From: a virus
Lineage: Duplodnaviria; Caudoviricetes
Strand: one strand, 5' to 3'
DNA: 64,000 nt
Virus record (IMG/VR): IMGVR_UViG_3300021255_000136
Location: 17,434-81,433 of that record
Shown here: in pieces, positions 37,631 to 46,883 of the stretch
How positions within the stretch are numbered: position 1 is the first letter of the stretch
How the letters are laid out: every line of letters starts with the position of its first letter
Notes under the pieces: generated by a model
Databases searched by the model: none
What the model was told of the DNA's origin: nothing
Seen by the model: the letters and a program-made list of their open reading frames with translations, nothing else
Position numbers and translations under genes: made by a program

Positions 37631-39718
37631 TCAATAGAGACTTATTTGCCTTCCAGACGGAAGGGTATAGAGCTGGCTTGAACCGGATGCATTATCCCAC
37701 GCCGTGTTCAGATTCGCGCGATCCATATCAGCGGTTGTAGCTGTAGTAGGTACGCTCCAGTTGGTAGGTAATACATTTCTGTCGGCGGCTAAAGCATTAT
37801 TAAGGTTCGCAAGGTCAGTAGAGGTATCCGCACTAGCCGTAGCTCCGCTCGCCGTTGGCGTCGTAGTCAAACCGGTTAAGCCACCCAGAGCCCCGCCATA
37901 GCCAAGAGCAAACGGGTCAACAACGGACGATGTCGTCTGATTGTTGCTCGGCAGATTAAGCGACGGGTAATAGCTCATTTGCGTTCCGCCGCCAAGTCCG
38001 AACGCACCAGAAAGCGCACCGCCAGCAGCAGACCTGTCGTAACTTGCTGTTGGCATAGACGCAATCGCTGCGGCCTGTTCAGCCAGCATGCCCATAGCCG
38101 AGAGCTGTTCAGCCGTTGGGATGATGCCCTTCTCCAGCAGTGCCTGACCAGATGCCGCAAGGATCTGACGGGCATTCTGCTGTGCCTGATATGTCGGCGT
38201 ACCATCCGCAAAGGAACCCGTTGCCTCAGCCGCTTTAAGTTGTGCCTCAAGTGCGGCATTCCGTGCGTTGATGCCATAGTTACCGGCATTGATCTGGTTG
38301 TTGAGATAGTCATTCGCTGCATTCCTTCTCGCATCGAACATCGCCTGCTCCTGGTTGTATGCAGCATTGAACAGATCAGTAGCCTGATTCCAACGGGCGT
38401 TGTACAAACTGTTCTCCTGCTGATATGCATTCTGCCAGAGCTGCTGTGCCTGATTCCATCTTGCATTGTACAGGCTGTTCTCCTGCTGATACGCATTATT
38501 GAACTGGTTCTGGTTCTGCTCCATCATGACCTTGGCCAGATTAAGATTCGATGCCTGAGCCTCAAGTTGAGCATCCACCAGACTTAGCTTGTAATTCTCT
38601 TCCCACTGAGCAACCTGGAGATTGAACTCGTCAATGCCAACGTTCGCCTCTTTAGCCCATGTGGACAAATCCATCAGCTTGGACAGATACTGCTGCGAAA
38701 TATTAAGCAGCTGATTTGCTTTCTCGAATTCGCCCTGAGCACGGAGATCGGCCACCTGTCTTGCCGTGTCTGTTGCCAATTGCGTCTGCTCGGTCTGTAC
38801 CGTCAGTCGATTAGTAGCCGCTGTATTCTGGATCGTATCATACTGAGCCTGACCAATACCGCCACGGTCACCTCTTGCTTCAGTATACAGTGCCTGGTTG
38901 TCCTTTGCTCTGGCCTCATCAATATCGATCTGCCTCTGCTGAGTCTGGAACTGGCGCTGTGCCTCCTGCATCTGTCTCTGCAGTTGTGCCGTACCTTGCG
39001 CAACATTATAGTCCGCACTGTTAATAGCCTGCTGCCTCTGAGCCTCAGTCAACTGGCCAAGCAGTGCCTCTTCTCTTACGGTGTCTATGTTGTTTACTCT
39101 GCCGACATCGACCCCCGCTTCCTGCATCGCCTGCTGGAAGTTGATCTGATCCGGTAACGCAACCTTATCCGGAAGAGCGATCTCATTCGGAAGATTTACA
39201 TTGTTCGGCAGAGCTACCTCATTAGGCAGCGCAATATTATTCGGCAGAGCTACTTCATTCGGAAGAGCTACCTGCCCAGGTACATTCAATTGAGTCTGCT
39301 GTGGAAAATTAAGCCCCGCATTTTCCAGAAGAGCTTTATTAGCGTTGGCGTTTGCAGGGTTATTATACAGGTTGTCTCTTACTGCAGAAGTATCTACTGG
39401 TTCTGCAGGCTCTGTTTCTGCTGGTGTAGTCATACCCATAAGCATATCCGTGTAGCCTTGCAATCCGCCGATATCTCGTATGCCCGCGCCAGAGTAACTG
39501 CGTCTTGAACTGGATGAACCTGTCCGTGCTCTCTCTGCTGCGAGGTCTGCTGCACTTGGTCTAGGGGTATCGTCTACATAGTAATGATGGCTTCCGGCAT
39601 AACTGTAGCTCGGTTTCCAAGAACTGTCACCGCCCGGAGCGCCGTATGGGTTTTTTACGCCTGAAGGATTGGATTCTGTCGCGGGCACAGTGCCACTACC
39701 AGTACTAGAGACTGCCAT
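37631..39718 (-). CDS. putative DNA ejection/pilot protein (Q/N/A-rich coiled coil)
   Basis: GGAGG RBS; position just before the giant gene; long Q/A-rich helical segments, ALPN hexad repeats and a duplicated NAYQQENSLYNARWNQA. Confidence 0.6.
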   Translation of the reverse strand: MAVSSTGSGTVPATESNPSGVKNPYGAPGGDSSWKPSYSYAGSHHYYVDDTPRPSAADLAAERARTGSSSSRRSYSGAGIRDIGGLQGYTDMLMGMTTPAETEPAEPVDTSAVRDNLYNNPANANANKALLENAGLNFPQQTQLNVPGQVALPNEVALPNNIALPNEVALPNNVNLPNEIALPDKVALPDQINFQQAMQEAGVDVGRVNNIDTVREEALLGQLTEAQRQQAINSADYNVAQGTAQLQRQMQEAQRQFQTQQRQIDIDEARAKDNQALYTEARGDRGGIGQAQYDTIQNTAATNRLTVQTEQTQLATDTARQVADLRAQGEFEKANQLLNISQQYLSKLMDLSTWAKEANVGIDEFNLQVAQWEENYKLSLVDAQLEAQASNLNLAKVMMEQNQNQFNNAYQQENSLYNARWNQAQQLWQNAYQQENSLYNARWNQATDLFNAAYNQEQAMFDARRNAANDYLNNQINAGNYGINARNAALEAQLKAAEATGSFADGTPTYQAQQNARQILAASGQALLEKGIIPTAEQLSAMGMLAEQAAAIASMPTASYDRSAAGGALSGAFGLGGGTQMSYYPSLNLPSNNQTTSSVVDPFALGYGGALGGLTGLTTTPTASGATASADTSTDLANLNNALAADRNVLPTNWSVPTTATTADMDRANLNTAWDNASGSSQLYTLPSGRQISLY

Positions 39719-39742
39719 TTACCCCACCTCCTTATATACGAA

Positions 39743-39779
39743 TAAAGGGGATGACTTATTAATTAAAGTCAATCCCCTA
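39743..39779 (-). terminator. hairpin/terminator between the holin and ejection genes
   Basis: AGGGGATGACTT...AAGTCAATCCCCT inverted repeat, followed by TTT on the minus strand. Confidence 0.55.
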
Positions 39780-39788
39780 TCAAGTCTA

Positions 39789-40070
39789 TTACTGTATAAT
39801 CTCATCGCTGTAATCCCCATACTGTACCTCCCCATTACCGTAATAGTAATTGTATTCTTTCGGGGAGCCGTCTGCGAAACCTTCACCGATGATATATGCG
39901 ATGATCATACCGCCAGCCATAATCATAGCGGTAATTCGCTCAGTTGTGCCGGAGCTTCCACCTGCAAGTACAAGGATGTTCGCGATAAAACCGGCAACAG
40001 CCATCCAGAATTTACGGGAGGTAAATTTTCTTGCAAGGTTCTTTTTCATTTCTTCATTCATAGTTACCAT
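39789..40070 (-). CDS. holin
   Basis: SRKFWMAVAG...IIAYIIGEGFADG: two TM helices, SRKFW-type holin signature, next to the endolysin. Confidence 0.75.
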   Translation of the reverse strand: MVTMNEEMKKNLARKFTSRKFWMAVAGFIANILVLAGGSSGTTERITAMIMAGGMIIAYIIGEGFADGSPKEYNYYYGNGEVQYGDYSDEIIQ

Positions 40071-40164
40071 CCTCCTTACGGTTTCCTGTGATGGTCCTCA
40101 TTACTCACAATACATGCGTAAGTAACGAAGAGAACAAAAACAATAAAAGCCAATGTGTTTTCCA

Positions 40165-40596
40165 TCATGCCGCATGCACCAGAAATCCACCGGTTGTTTT
40201 CATTTCGTGATACGTCTTCTCTATGTATTCCATAGCTACTTCCCCACGGCTGTTTTTAAAATCCGGGTGGTTTATAACGAACCGCTTATAATAACTGACG
40301 TCGTCAAGAATGTCCTCGAAGTGACTCTCCGAGCACGGCATCTCTCCTCGTGACATCGCCCGACATAGTTCGTCATAAAATCTCAATATCCTGACTCGTA
40401 CCTGTTTTGCATTGTCGAATTCATTTTCCTTGATGTGTTTGTCCAACTTCTTGTCGAGACCATCCACCTTATCACCCAGTGCGGCTAGACTCGCTTCTGT
40501 CTTCTTCCTATTAGCGATGATAGTAGGAATGACGCCAACAAGAGCAACAAGAATCGGAGCCAACACCTGGATGAGGGCAATTAAATTTGCCATCAT
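40165..40596 (-). CDS. lysis-cassette membrane-anchored protein
   Basis: N-terminal TM helix plus coiled coil and RVRILRFYDE motif, often seen beside Firmicutes phage holins. Confidence 0.65.
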   Translation of the reverse strand: MMANLIALIQVLAPILVALVGVIPTIIANRKKTEASLAALGDKVDGLDKKLDKHIKENEFDNAKQVRVRILRFYDELCRAMSRGEMPCSESHFEDILDDVSYYKRFVINHPDFKNSRGEVAMEYIEKTYHEMKTTGGFLVHAA

Positions 40597-40599
40597 CGA

Positions 40600-40773
40600 T
40601 CACCCTTTCTGAGTAAAATCTATATCACAGCTGTCAACCCCGCAGGTGTGATCCTTTTTATTGAGCCCCAGCTTCGGCTCATGTTCACAGCACCAGCAGA
40701 GATCTTTCCCTGCCGGTACCGTCTGTCCGCATTTTCTGCACTTCGGCAGATCATTCTCCATCTTCTCTGTCAT
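40600..40773 (-). CDS. small Cys-rich protein (start uncertain)
   Basis: CRKCG...CWCCEH in the 3' part of the 40600..40872 ORF. Confidence 0.45.
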   Translation of the reverse strand: MTEKMENDLPKCRKCGQTVPAGKDLCWCCEHEPKLGLNKKDHTCGVDSCDIDFTQKG

Positions 40774-40924
40774 GTAGCTGCCCCCAGATAGCATCCGCCT
40801 CGCGCTGGGTAGCTTCCCAGTGGGAGTCAACGATTTCCTCAAGATCGACCACTTTCTTAAAAAGCATCGCATCCGTAAAAATTAAAAGTGCAATTGCAAG
40901 AGCCAATAATATAATAGAGATCAT
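40751..40924 (-). CDS. small membrane protein
   Basis: AAGGAG RBS; MISIILLALAIALLIFTDAML..., 57 aa read by hand. Confidence 0.55.
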   Translation of the reverse strand: MISIILLALAIALLIFTDAMLFKKVVDLEEIVDSHWEATQREADAIWGQLHDREDGE

Positions 40925-40926
40925 TT

Positions 40927-42051
40927 TTATTCTCCTTTAATCTGGTCGGGCTTTACCCAACCGTATACATCAGATTCATTCGGGGCCAGGTGATACGGGA
41001 ACTTAGCTCCGAGTTTTATGGAAGTGATTTTCGCTTTGCCCGGTTCATAGCTCTTGCCCATATCTACATTTGAGGATATCCGCGCCTTGCCACCCGTGAA
41101 GGTAACAATCTGGCCGAGCTTCAGTTCCTTGTTCCCTACCTCTTTATACCGCTCGTTCAGCTTGCCCATAGTGTCCGGACCAACTTCGCCATCCATGAGA
41201 AGCCTGTTCCTTTCCTGGAACTTCATCACTGCGGATAGTGTCTGATCACCAAACTTACCGTCAGCTTCACCGGTATAGTAGCCAAGTGCTTTCAGTTTCT
41301 TCTGGACATCCAGCACCTCTTTGCCCCAGTCACCATACCGCATAATATACGGATAGTCGTCGTGGTTGATATGCGTGGGATCTTCATAAGGAAGAAGGTC
41401 AGGATTAACAACCGGATTAATACCATCAGTTGTCTGCGTGTTGTGCGGATACCGGAGAACTACTCGCCACGGGAAATTGTAATATTGCATGACGCGGATC
41501 TCTCTCCCTGTCTGATCACCAGGTTCAGGATGTCCATCAGTACCACCAGCCTGAACGATCCGGCCATTTCCGACGTATATAGCCGTATGATCCCCTGCAT
41601 GCTGCGGAGTCTTATCCTCAAGAAGAATATCTCCTCGGACCATTCCAGCGCAGTTGGCAAGGTTAACCTGATTAGTTACATCCTTAAATCCACAAGCCAA
41701 GAAAGCATCACGCATATTCCCGGTGTACGAAGCACCCTTTTCCATCACAGGAATACCTGCTCGTTGCACCACGTTGCTAACCAGACTGGAACAATCATAG
41801 TCAGGATCGCCGTTGCGCCGTGCCTGAGAATATCCATGAGAATTGTCATTAGCTACGTTCTCGGCGTCTCTAACATAATTCTCTACCTTATCGAATCTAT
41901 CATTGCCACCGGTTATAGGAGCTGTATCGCCTTTCATCCTGCGCTCACACTCTTTACAAAATCCGGGATCTTTTTTACCACGGGAGAGGTAGTCTCTCCC
42001 GCAGTACTTACATGTTAAAGTTTCGGCTGGGCCGTTTATAATAATACTCAT
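40927..42051 (-). CDS. endolysin: N-terminal Zn ribbon, NlpC/P60-type peptidase, PG-binding domain and C-terminal SH3-like domain
   Basis: YSQ...DYDCSSLV, GDILL, HTAIYVGNG; GKEVLDVQKKLKALGY...DGKFG..T..AVMKFQ...DGEVGPDT. Confidence 0.85.
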   Translation of the reverse strand: MSIIINGPAETLTCKYCGRDYLSRGKKDPGFCKECERRMKGDTAPITGGNDRFDKVENYVRDAENVANDNSHGYSQARRNGDPDYDCSSLVSNVVQRAGIPVMEKGASYTGNMRDAFLACGFKDVTNQVNLANCAGMVRGDILLEDKTPQHAGDHTAIYVGNGRIVQAGGTDGHPEPGDQTGREIRVMQYYNFPWRVVLRYPHNTQTTDGINPVVNPDLLPYEDPTHINHDDYPYIMRYGDWGKEVLDVQKKLKALGYYTGEADGKFGDQTLSAVMKFQERNRLLMDGEVGPDTMGKLNERYKEVGNKELKLGQIVTFTGGKARISSNVDMGKSYEPGKAKITSIKLGAKFPYHLAPNESDVYGWVKPDQIKGE

Positions 42052-42066
42052 ATTATGTAATCCTCA

Positions 42067-42690
42067 TTATGTAAGGTAGACTTGATATACTTTTATTCCG
42101 TTACCGCCATTTAATGCGCCTACACCGACTAACTTACTCCCGGTAACAGACGAAATATCCAAGGTAACCGCTGTTTTCGATGAAGCTGCGTTGAGGGCCA
42201 AGCTTTTTTCCAGCGTATATGGGCTCGGCGTTGTACCTGCTTTCCAATAGCCTAAGTGGCCGAGGGTACCAGGGCCGGTAGCGGTATACTGTAAATGCAA
42301 AGTGGAATAACCAGACAGGTCAATAGCCGTCGTAGCATAGCCTACTTCGCGTATAGTCAAGCAATCAGAACCCGCTGAACTGCTGGCATCGTATGTCCAC
42401 GCCACATCCTGTGTGCCATCGTGATACAGATACTTCGTCAGCGTAATCGTCAGATTCACTGTCTGCCCGACTGACGTGACGGATGCGTTCGCGCTCTTCG
42501 TTATAGAACCGGACTTTGCTGTACACACCCATGTACCTATCTTCGGTACGACAAAGCTGGCCACACCGGAACTGTTCGCCGTTGCTGAGAAGGAGTACGG
42601 AGATAATACACAGGTTACCGTAGCACCGGCAGTGGTAGTGACTTTCACCGTGGCCACATGCGGACGACCGGTTACAAGATTAAGTATCAT
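42067..42690 (-). CDS. putative fibre-tip/receptor-binding accessory protein
   Basis: T/S/V/G-rich beta protein directly after the fibre genes. Confidence 0.55.
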   Translation of the reverse strand: MILNLVTGRPHVATVKVTTTAGATVTCVLSPYSFSATANSSGVASFVVPKIGTWVCTAKSGSITKSANASVTSVGQTVNLTITLTKYLYHDGTQDVAWTYDASSSAGSDCLTIREVGYATTAIDLSGYSTLHLQYTATGPGTLGHLGYWKAGTTPSPYTLEKSLALNAASSKTAVTLDISSVTGSKLVGVGALNGGNGIKVYQVYLT

Positions 42691-42751
42691 AGGAACTCAC
42701 TTCCATTTGTTATCAATCTGCGCTGTGATGATCTGCTCAAGCTCATCCCTG

Positions 42752-43051
42752 TCAAGCATTCTCTTCGCCCTCCGGTTCAGGTTCAGGAGTAGGCTCGGGT
42801 TCAGGTTCCGGCTCAGGTTCGGGCTCAGGGATTCTGTCATCGATAGCTACATCAAACGTCATACCTGTCAGGTCGAGGATATGGCAGGCAACATAGTCGG
42901 TGTCTGCGTTGCTACCGTAACCATAGGCACCGAGGTATGCATGGAATGACTGACGCGCTCCATTCAGCGTGTCCTTTACCACTACGCCTTTGTCCCAGGT
43001 GTCAGTGCTTGCAATGTGCTTAATTTCTACGAGAAAATATTTTTCGTTCAT
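42752..43051 (-). CDS. hypothetical protein with a PE-repeat tail (possible fibre chaperone)
   Basis: GGAGG RBS; (PE)n C-terminus. Confidence 0.6.
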   Translation of the reverse strand: MNEKYFLVEIKHIASTDTWDKGVVVKDTLNGARQSFHAYLGAYGYGSNADTDYVACHILDLTGMTFDVAIDDRIPEPEPEPEPEPEPTPEPEPEGEENA

Positions 43052-43066
43052 TTTATTAATCCTCCA

Positions 43067-45382
43067 TTAATTAAGAATAACTATGTTTACAGTTATTGCC
43101 GCAGTTGTATTTGTATCCGCCGTAAAAGTGAGTTTGCCAGCTGCCTGAGCTGAACAACGTACTCTATGGTCTACCCATTGAACCCAGGATGCGGGCGCGG
43201 GTGCAATCAGTACGGTGTTAGACGCCGTAACATTACTATTACTCCAAGTCCATGATTTAGCATTCGTTGCAAGAGTCGCTGTAGTTGCTATCTTTGCTGA
43301 CTGCGCTCCTATATTCGCCGGAGTCAAGTTTACGTTTCCAGTACGATAGCTGGACTCTGAATTACCTTTAACCCCAGTAACTGTATTCACCTGAGCACCA
43401 GAAGCGATGCCGTCCAGCTTCTTCTTATCCGCCGAAGACATCAGGCCGTTAGCGGATTGGGTGGCTGCTGAGTACGTTGTGTTTGTCCAAGGTACATTTA
43501 CGTACATCTTCTCGCTGGATAATTGAACAGCGTAGTTTTTATTCGTGGCGTCAGTCGTAAAACCGACCTTGACACCACCTCTAGTTCCGCTTGCTGCCAA
43601 CGGGAGCGAATACGCATTAGCACCGGCCGCTATCCCATCAAGCTTTGTCTTATCCGCTGCTGTCATTAAGCCATGAGCGGACTGAGTCGCATCGCCATAC
43701 GTGGTGTTCGCCGAAGCAATTGTTATCTTATCATTCGTAGCATCAGGAGTAAGAGTAACATTGTTGCCTGCTACAAGAGTGATGGCATCCGTTTTGGAGT
43801 CGGCATCTATGTTTATTGAACCAACCGTGAAGCGAGAGAACGCATTCTGATTAACCTCCGCCCCGGAAGAAATTCCGGAAAGTTTAGTTTTCTCATCAGA
43901 CGTATAGTCCTCTGTCGATAGTCCTTTCCCATCAACCTTGTCCACCTTTGTATCATCACTCGGATGTACATGGTCCTCTCTTGCATAAAGAATGGACGAA
44001 CCTACAGCAGCAGTTCCGTCCATAAGCGGTGTACTGGCCCCCGGGTTCGCATCCTGCCCGTTATAGACATCAAATGTTCCAGCCGTAGTTCCGTCAGACT
44101 TGTTCACAGTATAGGTGTCAACTGTCCCCGGAGCACCAGTACCGGATGTCTTACTCACGGTAGTTATGCTTACACCTTGGATACCCTGTTCGCCTTGGAT
44201 ACCCTGTTCGCCTTGGATACCTTGTGGACCTCTCAGACCCTCCAGTTGAGTCGGGGTGAAATCGCTATACTCGAACGCATCACCTTTCGGACCTTGAGGA
44301 CCGGTCTCGCCTTGAATACCTTGTGGGCCTCTCAACGCTTCCAATTGCGCAGGTGTAAAGTCGCTATACTCGAACGCATCGCCTTTCGGTCCTGTCTCAC
44401 CTTGAATACCTTGTGGACCCCGAAGTGCTTCCAGTTGAGCCGGGGTGAAATCGCTGTACTCAAACGGATCGCCTTTCGGACCCTGTGGGCCTGTTGCGCC
44501 TTGTATACCTTGAGGACCTCTCAGTCCTTCCAGTTGTTCCGGAGTAAAATCGCTGTACTCAAACGGATCACCCTTTTCGCCTTGAGGGCCAACTTCTCCT
44601 TGAATACCCTGTGGACCTTGAATACCCTGCGGGCCTCGTTCACCCTGGATGCCCTGAAGACCGCGTTCGCCCTGATATCCTCTCGGGCCTTGTTCACCCT
44701 GCGGACCTGTTGGCCCGGTAAGAGCTTCCAGTTGTTCCGGTGTAAAGTCCTCATAAGTAAAAGGATCGCCCTTCTCACCTTGAGGCCCAACATCGCCGGT
44801 ATCCCCCTTCGGTCCCTGCTCTCCGGTATCGCCCTTGTAACCTTTCAAACCATGGAAAGCCAGAGATAGTATTCTGTCCCCAGCTTCTCCTTCAATAGCG
44901 TATTCCACTGTTGGCGTACCATGCGTATCATCAACTGTTACTTCCGCATGCGTTATCCGATCCCGTAAAGCCGCTGTAGCTTTGGCATCGATCTGTTCAG
45001 CAACGGAAGGACCTAAATCCGGAAGATACCCATCGTCCGCTGTATTGGATGGGTCGATCACAATACTCTGTACACTAGTGACCAATCTCTGGGACATCTC
45101 CATATCATCGAGAACTTCTCCATGCAGATACACATCCCATACACCGGAAGGAAGATTAAGCCCGGACTCGGCAGGTATACAGTCGTCTATCAGATTAAAG
45201 ACGTACTCTTCATCCTGGTTGTAGTCTGGGTTATAAAAATGCGCCCACTTAGAAGCGCCGTCCCATTCCGGAGATCGGAACGTGAACTCGGCTGTACAGA
45301 CATTCAGGTTATCTGTCACACCTCTTGTTGGCGTTAGTAAATCTAGTTTTTCTTTAAATACCGCAAATTTAAACTTCGCCAT
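43067..45382 (-). CDS. tail fibre with a collagen-like (Gly-X-Y) shaft
   Basis: BppU-like N-terminus; GPQGIQGE triplets with [12 protein letters not shown] repeats; DKTKLDGIA shaft repeats. Confidence 0.85.
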   Translation of the reverse strand: MAKFKFAVFKEKLDLLTPTRGVTDNLNVCTAEFTFRSPEWDGASKWAHFYNPDYNQDEEYVFNLIDDCIPAESGLNLPSGVWDVYLHGEVLDDMEMSQRLVTSVQSIVIDPSNTADDGYLPDLGPSVAEQIDAKATAALRDRITHAEVTVDDTHGTPTVEYAIEGEAGDRILSLAFHGLKGYKGDTGEQGPKGDTGDVGPQGEKGDPFTYEDFTPEQLEALTGPTGPQGEQGPRGYQGERGLQGIQGERGPQGIQGPQGIQGEVGPQGEKGDPFEYSDFTPEQLEGLRGPQGIQGATGPQGPKGDPFEYSDFTPAQLEALRGPQGIQGETGPKGDAFEYSDFTPAQLEALRGPQGIQGETGPQGPKGDAFEYSDFTPTQLEGLRGPQGIQGEQGIQGEQGIQGVSITTVSKTSGTGAPGTVDTYTVNKSDGTTAGTFDVYNGQDANPGASTPLMDGTAAVGSSILYAREDHVHPSDDTKVDKVDGKGLSTEDYTSDEKTKLSGISSGAEVNQNAFSRFTVGSINIDADSKTDAITLVAGNNVTLTPDATNDKITIASANTTYGDATQSAHGLMTAADKTKLDGIAAGANAYSLPLAASGTRGGVKVGFTTDATNKNYAVQLSSEKMYVNVPWTNTTYSAATQSANGLMSSADKKKLDGIASGAQVNTVTGVKGNSESSYRTGNVNLTPANIGAQSAKIATTATLATNAKSWTWSNSNVTASNTVLIAPAPASWVQWVDHRVRCSAQAAGKLTFTADTNTTAAITVNIVILN
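44190..44860 (-). repeat. collagen-repeat tandem array
   Basis: About 5 copies of GD(A/P)F(E/T)Y(S/E)DFTP.QLE.L.GP.G among Gly-X-Y runs, visible at DNA level. Confidence 0.8.
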
Positions 45383-45395
45383 AGAGCTCCTCCAA

Positions 45396-46883
45396 TCAGA
45401 GATCCATGATGATCAGTTCTACAGATACATTAGAACCAGGTGCTGTGTCTGCGGCAAACGTCAGCTTACCTGCGGTCTGACCAGTGCATCTTATTCTGTT
45501 ATCCACCCATAGAGCATAAGATGTAGCAGCCGGAGCGCATATCACAGTATTCGATGCTGTTACAGCAGAAACACTTACCGTCCAGGAAGTGCTCCCGGAG
45601 GATAACGTAGTGGTCGTTGCCGTGTGTTTCTTCTGTACACCGCTTGTCTTTGCATACGTTACTGCTGCGTCTGCGATCTTCGATGTGCCAACAGCCCCGT
45701 CTTTAATCTTGCCGTTCGACACAGCACTGGCCGCTATCTTTCCTTCAGTCACGTTCAGGTCAGTGATCTTTGCTGTAGTTACAGAGTTCGATGCCAGCTT
45801 TGCGTTCGTAACATTCGCATCGACGATCTTTGCAGTAGTAACCGCGCCGTCCTTAATCTTTGCAGTCGTTACAGCACTAGCACCGATCTTTCCCTCGGTT
45901 ACGGCTCCAGCTGCGATCTTCCCTTCTGTTACGTTCAGATCTTTTATCTTTGCTGTCTCTACCGCTGCTGCACCGATCTTGCCTGCAGTTACCGCACCAG
46001 CCGCTATCTTAGCCTCTGTCACATTAAGATCGGCAATCTTATCCGTAGTGACATTAGCATCCTTGATCTTACCGGTGGTTACCGCATTCGCCGCAATCTT
46101 ACCTTCCGTTACGTTCAAGTCCGCGATCTTTGCTGTTGTAACATTCGCATCCTTGATCTTGCCAGTGGTTACCGCATTCGCCGCGATCTTGCCCTCGGTC
46201 ACGTTCAGATCTGTAATCTTCACTGTCGTAACGGCATTAGTAGCAAGCTTCGCCGCAGTTACACTGCCATCCGCCAGCTTTGCATCCGTAACAGCCAGAT
46301 CATTGATCTTTGCCGTTGTTACAGCAAGATCCTTAATCCTCTGTGTAATAACCGCGTTGTTCGCAAGCTTCGCATCAGTTACACAGTTCGCGATCAACTG
46401 GTTCGTTCCAACGGACGTTAGAGCTAACTTCGCTTCGGTAATAGCGCCGTCAACCAGAGCATCGCCGCCCAAAGTGCCAAGTGCCAACTTATCACCGGTA
46501 ACCGCATGATCAGCGATCTTATCGGTTGTGATCGCACCGTCTCTTACAGTAGCGGTTGTTACTGCCTCAGCTCCGGGCTCGGTAGAAAGTTTGTTCGTCG
46601 TAACAGAACCGTCAGCCACAGAGCCCTGCGTCACGTCCTTTACTTCCTGGTGGACCGCTTCAATAGCGTCCTGTACATTGTTCGCCTCTACCGCGCCGGT
46701 AGTTGGTGTGAAGGAAACATTCTCTGCCGTCAGCTCATTCGCCAGAAAGTTATTGAACTGGTTCTTTATACTGTCGAACAGATACTGCATGTCAGCACGG
46801 ACCTGAGCTTCATGCACTTCATACGTAGGGAAGTCAGTCGCACTCGTCCATACTTTATCGAATTTCATCTGGGTTAGACTCAT
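45396..46883 (-). CDS. tail fibre with 10-aa VTxxKIxxxx repeats
   Basis: More than 20 copies of VT(T/E)(A/G)KI(A/K)(D/A)xx; C-terminus paralogous to that of 43067..45382. Confidence 0.8.
   Translation of the reverse strand: MSLTQMKFDKVWTSATDFPTYEVHEAQVRADMQYLFDSIKNQFNNFLANELTAENVSFTPTTGAVEANNVQDAIEAVHQEVKDVTQGSVADGSVTTNKLSTEPGAEAVTTATVRDGAITTDKIADHAVTGDKLALGTLGGDALVDGAITEAKLALTSVGTNQLIANCVTDAKLANNAVITQRIKDLAVTTAKINDLAVTDAKLADGSVTAAKLATNAVTTVKITDLNVTEGKIAANAVTTGKIKDANVTTAKIADLNVTEGKIAANAVTTGKIKDANVTTDKIADLNVTEAKIAAGAVTAGKIGAAAVETAKIKDLNVTEGKIAAGAVTEGKIGASAVTTAKIKDGAVTTAKIVDANVTNAKLASNSVTTAKITDLNVTEGKIAASAVSNGKIKDGAVGTSKIADAAVTYAKTSGVQKKHTATTTTLSSGSTSWTVSVSAVTASNTVICAPAATSYALWVDNRIRCTGQTAGKLTFAADTAPGSNVSVELIIMDL

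Noticed and set aside
42067-46883. Diversity-generating retroelement acting on the fibre genes
   Set aside because: No reverse transcriptase and no TR/VR pair differing at adenines was seen in the window.
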